From positions 100,356-164,355 of the forward strand of contig JBDGRE010000001.1 in assembly GCA_042218325.1 (NCBI GenBank): a stretch of 64,000 bases of DNA, in the 5' to 3' direction. The stretch comes from Candidatus Nanohaloarchaea archaeon (GTDB lineage: Archaea; Nanohalarchaeota; Nanosalinia; Nanosalinales; Nanosalinaceae). Positions 1 to 8,664 of this stretch are shown one piece after another (position 1 is the first letter of the stretch; each line of letters begins with the position of its first letter). The notes under the pieces were generated by a model, which was not told where the DNA came from, searched no databases, and saw nothing but the letters and a program-made list of their open reading frames with translations. The position numbers and the translations under genes were made by a program.

Positions 1-2
1 CG

Positions 3-467
3 TCCGCTCTCGTCAAACAGCCCGACTACCTGCTGCTTGACGAGTCTGCCGCGGGCCTGGACGTCCAGAGCCGGACCGCTCTCGAGGCCGTTATCGAAGA
101 GCTCGGTGAGGAACACGGCGTTCTCCTGAGCACGCACTCGATGGAGATAGCGGAAAGACTGTGCGACCGCGTAGTTATACTCCGCGACGGCAAGAAGATC
201 GTCGAGGGCGGGATGGACGAACTGCTGGATGGTATAGACGCGCAGTATGTGGTAAGCGGAGAAGGCGAGGTACCTCAAAGTTACATAGAAAACGCGCGCG
301 TGAGTGGAGACTACTTCGAGATATTTTGCGACAGGCCGCACGAGGTGCTGAAACACATGGTCGAAACGGGGAAAATCGAGGGAATCGACGATATAGCGGT
401 CGACAGGCCGGGCCTTGAGGAGGTCTATCTCGACGCGACGGGTGAGCGTTATGAGGAAAGTAGCTGA
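3..467 (+). CDS. ABC transporter ATP-binding subunit (5'-truncated by window edge)
   Basis: Frame open from position 3: SALVKQPDYLLLDESAAGLD (Walker B/D-loop) and LLSTHSMEIAERLCDRV (H-loop); overlaps the downstream permease. Confidence 0.9.
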   Translation, partial: SALVKQPDYLLLDESAAGLDVQSRTALEAVIEELGEEHGVLLSTHSMEIAERLCDRVVILRDGKKIVEGGMDELLDGIDAQYVVSGEGEVPQSYIENARVSGDYFEIFCDRPHEVLKHMVETGKIEGIDDIAVDRPGLEEVYLDATGERYEESS

Positions 468-1185
468 GCTTCTGAAGATTTACTTCATGAACAAGCTGCG
501 CCGACCTTTAACCGTGGCTATGTCGCTTCTCTGGGCGCTGGCGTTCTTCGTTTTCCTTTACTTCGTCTTCGAGACAGGCGGCCTCAGCTTCGGGAAAGAA
601 GGCTTCTCGAACTCTTTCGTCGCCTCATACCTCGTCTTCGTACCCGCGTACATAGGCGTATTCGGGGTCCTCCATGGTGTGCTTGAGGACAGCGATTCGG
701 GGCTGCTCAAGGCGTACCGGGGCACACGGATGGAGAAGTACGAGTACTTCACCGCCAAGATCGCCGCTTCCTCAGTCTCCGGCCTCGCGGTCGCGGCGCT
801 CATACTCGGCCTGGCATCGTACCTCTCCCCGGTAACGGTCAGCCTTCCACTCGCCTTCATGGCTGTGCTCGCCACGGTTGTCGCTCATTCCGGCATCGCT
901 CTCGTAACCGCGTCACTGTCGAAGGATACGCAGGAATCCCGGATGGTGGTGCAGACATTCGTGATAGTACTCATCGCCGGCACACCTGTTTTCTACCCGG
1001 AGACTCTTCTTCCCGGGTCTGTGAGGATATTGCAGCAGCTGATACCACTGACGCACAGCATAGAGCTTTCAAGGGCGCTGGTGCAGCAGCAGGCGACAGC
1101 AGGATTCATAATCGAGAAAACAGCGGTGCTCGTAGGCTTCTCAGCGGTCCTGATAGGCGCCGCCTATCGAAGGTTCGATTTCTAG
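451..1185 (+). CDS. ABC-2 type exporter permease
   Basis: About 6 hydrophobic segments; PVFYPETLLP...LIPLTHSIELSR motif typical of ABC-2 permeases; ATG at 451. Confidence 0.85.
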   Translation: MRKVAELLKIYFMNKLRRPLTVAMSLLWALAFFVFLYFVFETGGLSFGKEGFSNSFVASYLVFVPAYIGVFGVLHGVLEDSDSGLLKAYRGTRMEKYEYFTAKIAASSVSGLAVAALILGLASYLSPVTVSLPLAFMAVLATVVAHSGIALVTASLSKDTQESRMVVQTFVIVLIAGTPVFYPETLLPGSVRILQQLIPLTHSIELSRALVQQQATAGFIIEKTAVLVGFSAVLIGAAYRRFDF

Positions 1186-4028
1186 CCCTTGATGTTCGCG
1201 ACCGGCTTCATCCTCGCGACCTTCTTCCCGATACCCAGTTCGTCGCTTACACGGATGACCTCGTCCACGTCCTTGTAGGCGCCGGGCGCCTCCTCCGCGA
1301 CGGTCTCTCCCGAGGCCGCTCGGACGTAGACACCGTCACGCTCCAGCTCTTTCTGCAGCCGCTCGCCGCGGTAATCCTTCTTGGCCTGTGTCCGCGACTT
1401 GAGTCTTCCCGCGCCGTGGGCGGTCGACCCGAACGATAGCTCCAGTGATTTCTCGCCACCGGAAAGTATGTAGGATGAGGTGCCCATCGTTCCCGGCAGC
1501 AGAACCGGCTGTCCCACGCTGCTGTACGCCTCGGGAACCTCCTCGCGGCCGGCCGGCATCGCCCGGGTCGCTCCCTTCCGGTGCACGAGAACTTCTTTCT
1601 TCTCTCCATCGACAGTATGGGTCTCCTGCTTGGCGATGTTGTGGCAGACATCGTAGACGAGGTCGACCTGCGTATCGTCGAACAGCAGGCCCAGCGCCTC
1701 GCGAATGGCCTCGGTCATGGCCTGCCTGTTGGCCCAGGCGAAGTTGGCGGCGGCGTTCATCGCGTCCCAGTAGTCCTGCGCCAGCTCGTCTCCTATAGGC
1801 GCGTATATCAGCTCCTTGTCCGGTATCTCCTCGACTATCTCCGGGTACTCCTTCTCGAACTTTCTCAGGTACTCCGTGCATGTTTGATGTCCGAGCCCGC
1901 GGGAGCCCGAGTGTATCATTATGACGACCTGGTCTTCCTGCAGGCCGTAAGCTTCGGCCCTGTCCTCGTCGTACAGCTCCGCGACCCTCTGCACCTCGAG
2001 GAAGTGGTTGCCGCTTCCCAGCGAGCCGACCTGGTTTACGCCGCGCTTGATGGCATCCTGCGGCACCTTTTCCGGGTCCCCGGGAAGTTTCCCGTTCTCC
2101 TCGCAGTGCTCCAGATCAGCTTTTCGGGCGTGACCGTTCTCCAGCATCCACTCCATGCCTTTCTCAAGTATCTCTCGCAGGTCTTCCTCGTCGGTATCGA
2201 TGTAGCCTCCGCCGCCGAGACCGCAGGGGACTTTATCGTACAGCAGGTTCGCCAGCTGCTTCTCCCGGCCCTTCACGTCGCTGTACTCGAGATTCGTTCT
2301 CAGTACGCGGACGCCGCAGTTGGAGACGACAAACTGGTCAGCGATGAAGTTGTGTTTTTCATGTCTTACACCTATGTCGTATACAGTCTCGGTTCCTTTC
2401 TCATCGATGGATTTTATAGTCGATTTTACTGTGAGATTGTCCTTGACTTCCAGGTCTCTTCTGTATTCCTCATAACTCGGAAAGCTCTTCGGAGGTCGAG
2501 AAATGGTTTTCCTTCCGCTGTAGATCCTTCTCTCGATGAACCTTTCGTTTATTTCGAACTTCTGCTTGATTTCCTGAGGTTGGGTTCCATTTTTGTAGAG
2601 CTGGACGCATTTTTCGGCTATCCTTTCTCTCTGTTCGATTGCTTTCTGCTTGGTCTTTAGGTACTGGATGGCCTTGACGGCTTTCTTTCTTTTTTCGAGG
2701 TTGTATCTGTAGCCGACTTCGGAGAGGAATTTGATTAGATTCTCGCTGTTGTTCTTTATACCGAGCCGGAACCTGGTTACCTCTCCGTCTTCGTTTTCCT
2801 CGGTCTTCATGCTTTCTATCTGGTTGGTATCGATCTCCAGTCTTCCGAGGTAATCCCTGATTTCCTGCATGAACTTTCTGCCTGATTCTCTCTTCTCGCT
2901 TGCCTTGTTCTGTGATATCTTCGGACAGTAGAAGTTTTTGTCGTGCTGTGCTTTCGGCGAACTCATCTCTGCGCCGAAGAAGGCGGAAAGGTACAGGGCC
3001 AGCTGCCAGTCCTCAACTCTCGACAGATATCTGGGTGTAGTGAACTCTTCCTGAGTCTTCTTGCCCTCAGGTGTTCCGAGCTTCATGAGCAGTTTCTTGA
3101 ACGCCCTGGAGGTTGACTTTACGCTGTGTTCAGTTCTCTCAAACTGACTTCCTTTGTGGTTATGCTCCCTTTCTCTTGAGTAGATTTTTGACGGTTTGAA
3201 GCCTAGTTCCTTGATATCATCTCTGATTTTTTCCAGATCTTCTGGTTCTGCATAGAACCACGTGTCGCCTGAGTTATTGACGGATCCATCGCCGGTATGG
3301 AACCCTGCAAGTTTCAGGAGGATGTTGAACTCTCTGTCGGTTGATTTCAGGGGTAGAAGGTCTCTTTCCTTTAGAGCTTGTACCAGTAGCTTGTTTTCTT
3401 CTATGAAATCCTCCTCCGACAGAACTGTGAACTCTTCTGGTTCCGAGTTCTCGATTCCTCTGAAAGGTCTGAGATAAATCTGTGATCCTTCTGAAAGACT
3501 GTCGAGTTCTACCATTCCTTCGTCCGTCAGGAAAGGATGGTCTCTCGTCGCGGTTATTTTCTCGCCTGTCTCGGTTTCCACCTCAAGGACCTTTCGGCCT
3601 TCTTTCTCTGTAAGAATTTGTATATCCGATTTTGCTGTTTTGCTCCCCGCTACAACTGCGCGATAGTCGTTGAAATCGTCCTTCAGCTCCCCTATTTCTT
3701 TTCTCCTTCCGAACTCCACAAGAACTTCGGAATCTCCGGATAAGCAGTTGATGTCGTAGCCGATACCGCCCGGGCTGATGACGCCGTTCTCCATGTCGAC
3801 CGCCGCCACGCCGCCTATCGGGAACCCGTAGCCCTGGTGACCGTCAGGCATCACGATGGAGTGCTCCTGTATGCCAGGCAGGGTCGCGACGTTCTTCACC
3901 TGTTCAAGGGTCTTGTCCTGTTTTATCTCCTCAAGAAGCGACTCCGAGGCGTATATCCTCGCCGGGACATTCATGTCCCCCTCTTTTTCTATCTCGTATA
4001 CGTTCTCGGAAACTTTCTGTGGTTCCAT
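1182..4028 (-). CDS. rtcB: tRNA-splicing ligase RtcB, intein-containing
   Basis: MPDGHQGYGFPIGG, GYDIN|CG, GSLGSGNHFLE, HSGSRG, HRKGAT and HGAGR motifs; 476-aa insertion between N and the catalytic C. Confidence 0.97.
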   Translation of the reverse strand: MEPQKVSENVYEIEKEGDMNVPARIYASESLLEEIKQDKTLEQVKNVATLPGIQEHSIVMPDGHQGYGFPIGGVAAVDMENGVISPGGIGYDINCLSGDSEVLVEFGRRKEIGELKDDFNDYRAVVAGSKTAKSDIQILTEKEGRKVLEVETETGEKITATRDHPFLTDEGMVELDSLSEGSQIYLRPFRGIENSEPEEFTVLSEEDFIEENKLLVQALKERDLLPLKSTDREFNILLKLAGFHTGDGSVNNSGDTWFYAEPEDLEKIRDDIKELGFKPSKIYSREREHNHKGSQFERTEHSVKSTSRAFKKLLMKLGTPEGKKTQEEFTTPRYLSRVEDWQLALYLSAFFGAEMSSPKAQHDKNFYCPKISQNKASEKRESGRKFMQEIRDYLGRLEIDTNQIESMKTEENEDGEVTRFRLGIKNNSENLIKFLSEVGYRYNLEKRKKAVKAIQYLKTKQKAIEQRERIAEKCVQLYKNGTQPQEIKQKFEINERFIERRIYSGRKTISRPPKSFPSYEEYRRDLEVKDNLTVKSTIKSIDEKGTETVYDIGVRHEKHNFIADQFVVSNCGVRVLRTNLEYSDVKGREKQLANLLYDKVPCGLGGGGYIDTDEEDLREILEKGMEWMLENGHARKADLEHCEENGKLPGDPEKVPQDAIKRGVNQVGSLGSGNHFLEVQRVAELYDEDRAEAYGLQEDQVVIMIHSGSRGLGHQTCTEYLRKFEKEYPEIVEEIPDKELIYAPIGDELAQDYWDAMNAAANFAWANRQAMTEAIREALGLLFDDTQVDLVYDVCHNIAKQETHTVDGEKKEVLVHRKGATRAMPAGREEVPEAYSSVGQPVLLPGTMGTSSYILSGGEKSLELSFGSTAHGAGRLKSRTQAKKDYRGERLQKELERDGVYVRAASGETVAEEAPGAYKDVDEVIRVSDELGIGKKVARMKPVANIKG
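2319..3746 (-). mobile_element. Intein with LAGLIDADG homing endonuclease in RtcB (476 aa)
   Basis: Starts CLSGDSEV; block B TRDHPF; LAGFHTGDG and YLSAFFGAE motifs; block F VYDIGV; ends VVSN followed by +1 Cys; visibly AT-richer than the exteins. Confidence 0.95.
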
Positions 4029-4119
4029 GGATACAAATACCTGGCTTAACTTTTTACAATCTGCAATGCTGTATTACAGAACTGGTGTTCAGGCTTTTTT
4101 ATGGAAGATTTGTATTACA

Positions 4120-4533
4120 TCAGATGTCGAGCACGGCCTCGATGACCCATTCTCCATCGCCTTGCTCGACCTTCATCTCGTTATAGGTCGGGCCCTTGAC
4201 GTCGAGGTAGGAGCCGCCGGGATCGAGCTTGTCGGTCATGATGTCTGCGGTCAGCGCGTAGCCGTGCTTCTTCTCCTCGATTTCCAGGTTCTCGGCCTCA
4301 CGTACGGTCACTCCCTCCGTGTCCTGTAGAAGGATCAGCCGGTCCATGAAGTCGAACAGCAGTGCCTCGAGGTTCTCCGACTCGACCTCGATTTCGTGGC
4401 GTACTTGGCCTCTCTCGCCGTCTCCTACTATCTCGGCGAAACCCATCACTGTTTCTGAAAACGCCTCTTCGAGTGTTTCGCCCGTTGCGCGGAACTTGGC
4501 GTCGGCAGTGTGTTCGAGTATCTCGTATCCCAT
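4120..4533 (-). CDS. Archease (RtcB cofactor)
   Basis: YEILEHTAD N-terminus, VKGPTY, C-terminal VLDI; directly upstream of rtcB. Confidence 0.93.
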   Translation of the reverse strand: MGYEILEHTADAKFRATGETLEEAFSETVMGFAEIVGDGERGQVRHEIEVESENLEALLFDFMDRLILLQDTEGVTVREAENLEIEEKKHGYALTADIMTDKLDPGGSYLDVKGPTYNEMKVEQGDGEWVIEAVLDI

Positions 4534-4537
4534 CTGT

Positions 4538-5122
4538 TTACCAGGCCTCCCCGGGGAACCGTTCCTGGAGCACGCGGTCCACGAGTTCTTCTTGCTCCTC
4601 GATACTTAATTCAGTGTTGTCCACGACCACGTCGTAGATATCGGGTCGTGGTACCTCTATACCGTAGTACTCTCTGTAACGTTCGTTGTTGTCCTCGTCT
4701 CTTTTCTTGACTTTTGCCTCCGCTTCTTCCTGCTCTATGTTTTCCATCTCCGCAAGCCGCCTCGCCCTTTCCTCGAGGTCGGCGGTCACATATATCGTCA
4801 GGTCCGCGTAGTCGCCCAGCACCCAGGCCGCGAGCCGTCCGTCTATCATGCAGTCCTTTTCCAGGCCTGCCTCCAGTGTTCGGCGATCCACCTCTATATC
4901 GGTTTCCCGGTCTGCCTTTTCGGAAAGCTCTTCCACGGTCATGCCTCGCTCCGCCGCGATTTCCCTGAAGAAATCCCCTGCCGAGACGTGCTCCACGCCT
5001 ATTTCCTGTGCTATATGTTCTGCGAGCGTGCTCTTCCCTGATTTCGACGGGCCTCCTATCGCGATGACGATCTCTGACTCTCTCTGCCTGCCATCCTTGA
5101 ACTCCTCTATCCTGCTTCCCAT
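4538..5122 (-). CDS. cmk: Cytidylate kinase, archaeal type
   Basis: P-loop GPSKSGKST; SAGDFFR; DGRLAAW; RYREYYGI...YDVVVDNT. Confidence 0.88.
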   Translation of the reverse strand: MGSRIEEFKDGRQRESEIVIAIGGPSKSGKSTLAEHIAQEIGVEHVSAGDFFREIAAERGMTVEELSEKADRETDIEVDRRTLEAGLEKDCMIDGRLAAWVLGDYADLTIYVTADLEERARRLAEMENIEQEEAEAKVKKRDEDNNERYREYYGIEVPRPDIYDVVVDNTELSIEEQEELVDRVLQERFPGEAW

Positions 5123-5147
5123 GTGAGATGCTTCCTGGGAAGCCGTT

Positions 5148-5477
5148 TTATTCGTTTTCCAGCAGTGAGACTACTTCTGATGCGAACCTGCGCGCCTCTC
5201 TCCTGCTATGGAGCTGCGGTGCCATGACGGAGAGTGCACGCCAGTTGCCTTCCTGCGTCTTGCCGAGCCTGAGCTCTCCCGTGACAACGGGACTGGAGCT
5301 TTTATCGGATTCTTCGCCTGTTAAAGCTGCACTCAATGAGTTCGAGGACACGATTTCGGGAGTCTTGGGGCTCGAGGGGTTACCGGAATGCTGCTCCACT
5401 GCGGCGGGGCTGGACGGGTTGGCGCTTACGCTGTATCTCCGCGTCTCCTCGAACTCGGTCTCGTCGCGGAATACCAC
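5148..5477 (-). CDS. Hypothetical protein (109 aa)
   Basis: Acidic ORF that fills the gap between tRNA-Ser and cmk in the same orientation; no recognisable motif. Confidence 0.45.
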   Translation of the reverse strand: MVFRDETEFEETRRYSVSANPSSPAAVEQHSGNPSSPKTPEIVSSNSLSAALTGEESDKSSSPVVTGELRLGKTQEGNWRALSVMAPQLHSRREARRFASEVVSLLENE

Positions 5478-5585
5478 GTTTTAGCGGCCTTCTTCCTCCT
5501 CTATCCATTCGGGTTCCGGCAGCGGCATATGCATCAGAGCGGTGTGGAAAGTGTTAAGCAGAACTGTAAGCGACCGCAAGGAAAG

Positions 5586-5748
5586 CGCCGGGGCTGGGAT
5601 TTGAACCCAGGAGGGCCGGTATGGCCCACCAGCTGGCTGGGTCGAAGCCGGCCTCGGGGATGAGGCGTCTTCTCCAACCTCCAACCCTCCGAGTTCGGGT
5701 AGAAGGTTTTCCAGGCTGGCACGTTCGTCCAGACTCCGTCACCCCGGC
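5586..5748 (-). tRNA. tRNA-Ser(GGA) with 74-nt intron at 37/38 (intron 5635-5708)
   Basis: Acceptor GCCGGGG/CCCCGGC, G73, anticodon stem CCAGC/GCTGG, CT-GGA-A, long variable arm, T-arm CTGGG-TTCAAAT-CCCAG; CTGG/CCAG helix and CC|A bulge at the 3' splice site. Confidence 0.93.
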
Positions 5749-5826
5749 ACAGGAATGACGATTATTAGTTGAAGGCAGGGCGGAGATTTTTAACTCAACT
5801 GCTATAGAGCATGCTCGACTCTTGTC

Positions 5827-6183
5827 CTAGAACCGGATGCTTTTGCGTATACCTGCCTTGTTCGGGTTCGGTTCGACGAGTTCGTACGCGCTGTCTTTTA
5901 TCTCGGCGAACCGTCCGCAGGAAGGACATTTCTCGTAGCCGGAGTGTTCGCCCTTTACCGTCCGGGAGTGGCCGCATCCTCCGCACTCCATCTTCGTATC
6001 CATGGTCTCGACGTCGAGGTCTATACGCTCGAGTATGGTGCCTCGTGAGAAGTGTTCGAATATCGTCTCGAAAGCCTCCGGCTCGCACAGGTTACGGTTG
6101 ACCCTGATCCTCGCTGAACCGTTTGTCGATATCCGGGAAAGGTCCTGCATCGCTTTTATGACTGCGTTTCCGACTTTGTCCAT
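5827..6183 (-). CDS. HypA/HybF-like zinc-ribbon protein
   Basis: EPEAFETIF...GTILE...CGGC...CPSC layout of HypA; the N-terminal MHE Ni-binding motif is absent. Confidence 0.65.
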   Translation of the reverse strand: MDKVGNAVIKAMQDLSRISTNGSARIRVNRNLCEPEAFETIFEHFSRGTILERIDLDVETMDTKMECGGCGHSRTVKGEHSGYEKCPSCGRFAEIKDSAYELVEPNPNKAGIRKSIRF

Positions 6184-6217
6184 TCCTTGAGACCTCTCAT
6201 ACTCCTTCCCCCTAAAG

Positions 6218-6709
6218 CTACCCTTTTCTACAACCTTTATTTAACTTAATGGACAGGGCCTGAATAGCCGGGAAAGTTTTTGAACGCGTTTTAACTTTTT
6301 TGAACAGTTGTGTACTCTTTTTGACGTACATAGCGGTTAAAGAGGCGGCTATTATGGCTGAATTCGCCTTAAGACTGTAGGCTGATGTCAGGCTGAGCGC
6401 AAAATCGGACATGAACGGGAAAAAGAGCGGAACGCCGGAGGTAGTGAGGAGGTCGAGGAACAGGTGTGAGTTGTAGGCCAGCATGCAGCTCTCGGCCGAG
6501 ATCCTGTCCTCGGTGTAGACGTAGACGAGCCCGGAGAAGACTGCTGCCGCGAGGAAGGTGTGCATTATGCCGCGGTGGGTGAACGGGTAAAGGAAGTCAA
6601 GGGTTATGTCGAAATCAGGGGCTATAGCGAAAGCAGACGAAGTTACGAGCCTTCTTTCGAGTATGTAGGCCACAGCAAGCCCGAAAGCGAAGTGGGCGAC
6701 CGTAATCAT
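6218..6709 (-). CDS. YdjM-like membrane metal-dependent hydrolase
   Basis: N-terminal H, APDFD, HRGIMH, SHLFLDLLT..GVPLFFP. Confidence 0.8.
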   Translation of the reverse strand: MITVAHFAFGLAVAYILERRLVTSSAFAIAPDFDITLDFLYPFTHRGIMHTFLAAAVFSGLVYVYTEDRISAESCMLAYNSHLFLDLLTTSGVPLFFPFMSDFALSLTSAYSLKANSAIIAASLTAMYVKKSTQLFKKVKTRSKTFPAIQALSIKLNKGCRKG

Positions 6710-6792
6710 GTTTCTGGGTTATGAAGAGTCGGATTTAAACTTCAGCGAGAAACTTTTCCAGCTCACGGCGGAGGGTGAGATATTATCGAGAA

Positions 6793-6815
6793 TAGCGGGG
6801 CGTGGATTTGAACCA
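6793..6815 (-). repeat. 23-bp direct repeat of the tRNA-iMet 3' end (att-like)
   Basis: tagcggggcgtggatttgaacca at 6793-6815 is identical to 6862-6884. Confidence 0.9.
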
Positions 6816-6861
6816 TCCGAAAATCGGAGATTTTCTTGGAGTTTCAAATCCGGATAGAGCT

Positions 6862-6936
6862 TAGCGGGGCGTGGATTTGAACCACGGACCTCCGGGTTAT
6901 GAGCCCGACGAGCACTCCTGGCTGCTCTACCCCGCT
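6862..6936 (-). tRNA. Initiator tRNA-Met(CAT)
   Basis: A1-U72 pair, GGG/CCC in anticodon stem, CT-CAT-AA loop, GGTTCAAATCC T-arm. Confidence 0.95.
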
Positions 6937-7023
6937 GTAAAACCTATACCATTCACTGGCCTGCCAGTTTTTTAAACCATCCATCGGCCTGCTCCCGGAA
7001 AATTGATATAGGTCGGAGGACAT

Positions 7024-7893
7024 ATGTTAGTCTTGATGAGTACTGACACGGGAAGTAAGGAGGCGCCAGCGGACGAAGAGGAACTGGTCGATTTTATGAG
7101 ACGGCTTGATATAGAGCAGGAACCTGTTACAGGGGGCGCCCTGGTCGGCAGTTCTGGCGGTGATAGACCTGCGCGCACCATCGAGGCTGATTCCACGGAT
7201 TTCAGGGCAGTCGTTGACAACCTCGACCGCATAGACAGCGGAACGGTAGAGAAGATGCTCTACCACTTCAGGGGTTACTCTGGTGGCACTGATTACGCTG
7301 TTTTCCTGCCCGATGAGGTATCGGACAGGGTGTTAGGAGATGATGAGTTCGATCTACCGTTCATCTCGGCTGTAGAGGGGAGAGGTGTCTTGCTCGGTCG
7401 TGCGCGTGACCCGGCCCAGCTGCAGGGCTTACTTGCAGGGAACAATTTTGATGAGGTCTACGACTACATAGAGTCGGAGGTCTTCGATGAAGGCATGCTT
7501 TTGTTCGTCCCGGGCGGGCAGAAGGGCTTGGAGGAGGCTCCTTGGGCTGGCAGGCGGGCCTACATGTTGAACCATCCGTATTCGGTTATGTCCTCGATGG
7601 AGAACGTAAAACAGGACGCGGGAGAAGCCCGTGGCGCAGAATGGCTTGGTCCGGAGGCCCGGGAATCCGAGTTCGAGGCCGACGGTTCAAGGATAGTGAA
7701 GACGGTCGAGTTCTACCCTGGTGCGGACTACGACAGGGTAAAGGCCCGCGACCGCACCAGCGGGGTGAAAGTCTACGGTGACGGCGAGCATATCGCCATG
7801 TACGACGGTTTCGATCTCATAGGGAGCCGGCGCGAGAGGGAAAGAATCGGGGATGAACCGGTGTTCTTCGAGATGGAGAAGGAACAGGAATAA
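7024..7893 (+). CDS. Hypothetical acidic protein
   Basis: 289-aa acidic ORF with TATA-like element upstream; start may be ATG 7036. Confidence 0.65.
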   Translation: MLVLMSTDTGSKEAPADEEELVDFMRRLDIEQEPVTGGALVGSSGGDRPARTIEADSTDFRAVVDNLDRIDSGTVEKMLYHFRGYSGGTDYAVFLPDEVSDRVLGDDEFDLPFISAVEGRGVLLGRARDPAQLQGLLAGNNFDEVYDYIESEVFDEGMLLFVPGGQKGLEEAPWAGRRAYMLNHPYSVMSSMENVKQDAGEARGAEWLGPEARESEFEADGSRIVKTVEFYPGADYDRVKARDRTSGVKVYGDGEHIAMYDGFDLIGSRRERERIGDEPVFFEMEKEQE

Positions 7894-7920
7894 TAACTGT
7901 TGGCGGCCCACGATACTCCT

Positions 7921-8583
7921 ATGACAAAGATTCTCGGTATCGATGAGGCGGGAAGAGGGCCGGTCATAGGTTCGATGTTCGTCGGCGGCTTCCTTTTCGA
8001 GGAGGACAGGACCGGGGAACTCGAGGATCTCGGTGTCAAGGACTCGAAGAAACTGTCGGACAGGCGCCGGGACATGATGGATGAGAAGCTGGAGAGCATA
8101 GGCGAGACCTTTCTTAAGGAGGCGACCGCGAGCACCATCGACGAGCTACGGGAGGTCATGACGCTGAACGAGATCGAGGTCCAGGCGTTTTCCGAGGTCA
8201 TAGCGATGTCGGACGCTGACCGGGTCATAGTCGACCTGCCCGAGCCGAACGCGGAGCGCTTCATACGCAAGCTAAAGGACCAGCTGCCGCCACGGTTTGA
8301 GGACGTGGAGTTCGTCGCGGAGCACGGGGCTGACGACGAGTACCCTGTTGTGTCCGCGGCCTCCATACTCGCGAAGAGCGCCCGTGAGCGCCACGTCAGA
8401 GAGCTGAAGGAGAAGTACGGCTTCGACTTCAAGTCAGGTTACCCGCACGACGAAGAGGTCATCGATTTCATGGACCACTACCTCGACGAATACGGCGAGC
8501 TGCCGGACGAGATCAGGCGGTCTTGGAGCACGGCCCAGCGTGTCCTGAAAGAGCATGGCCAGGAAGGCCTCGACGACTTCTGA
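7921..8583 (+). CDS. rnhB: Ribonuclease HII
   Basis: GIDEAGRGPVIG, VKDSKKL, VSAASILAK, SGYP, RRSWST. Confidence 0.96.
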   Translation: MTKILGIDEAGRGPVIGSMFVGGFLFEEDRTGELEDLGVKDSKKLSDRRRDMMDEKLESIGETFLKEATASTIDELREVMTLNEIEVQAFSEVIAMSDADRVIVDLPEPNAERFIRKLKDQLPPRFEDVEFVAEHGADDEYPVVSAASILAKSARERHVRELKEKYGFDFKSGYPHDEEVIDFMDHYLDEYGELPDEIRRSWSTAQRVLKEHGQEGLDDF

Positions 8584-8664
8584 ACTACTGTTTTATCTGG
8601 CAAGAGCCTATATGCCTCCGGGCTCTGAATCGGTTTTAAAAGGTTCTTCCGTTACCTCCAAGGT

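Noticed and set aside
5635-5708. Possible box C/D guide in the tRNA-Ser intron (GAGAAGA, two CCGA)
   Set aside because: Boxes are too degenerate, the putative guides lie inside hairpins, and no target could be identified
5481-5742. Short ORFs over tRNA-Ser (and 25348-25575 over tRNA-Val)
   Set aside because: They overlap well-formed tRNA genes and lack protein-like composition
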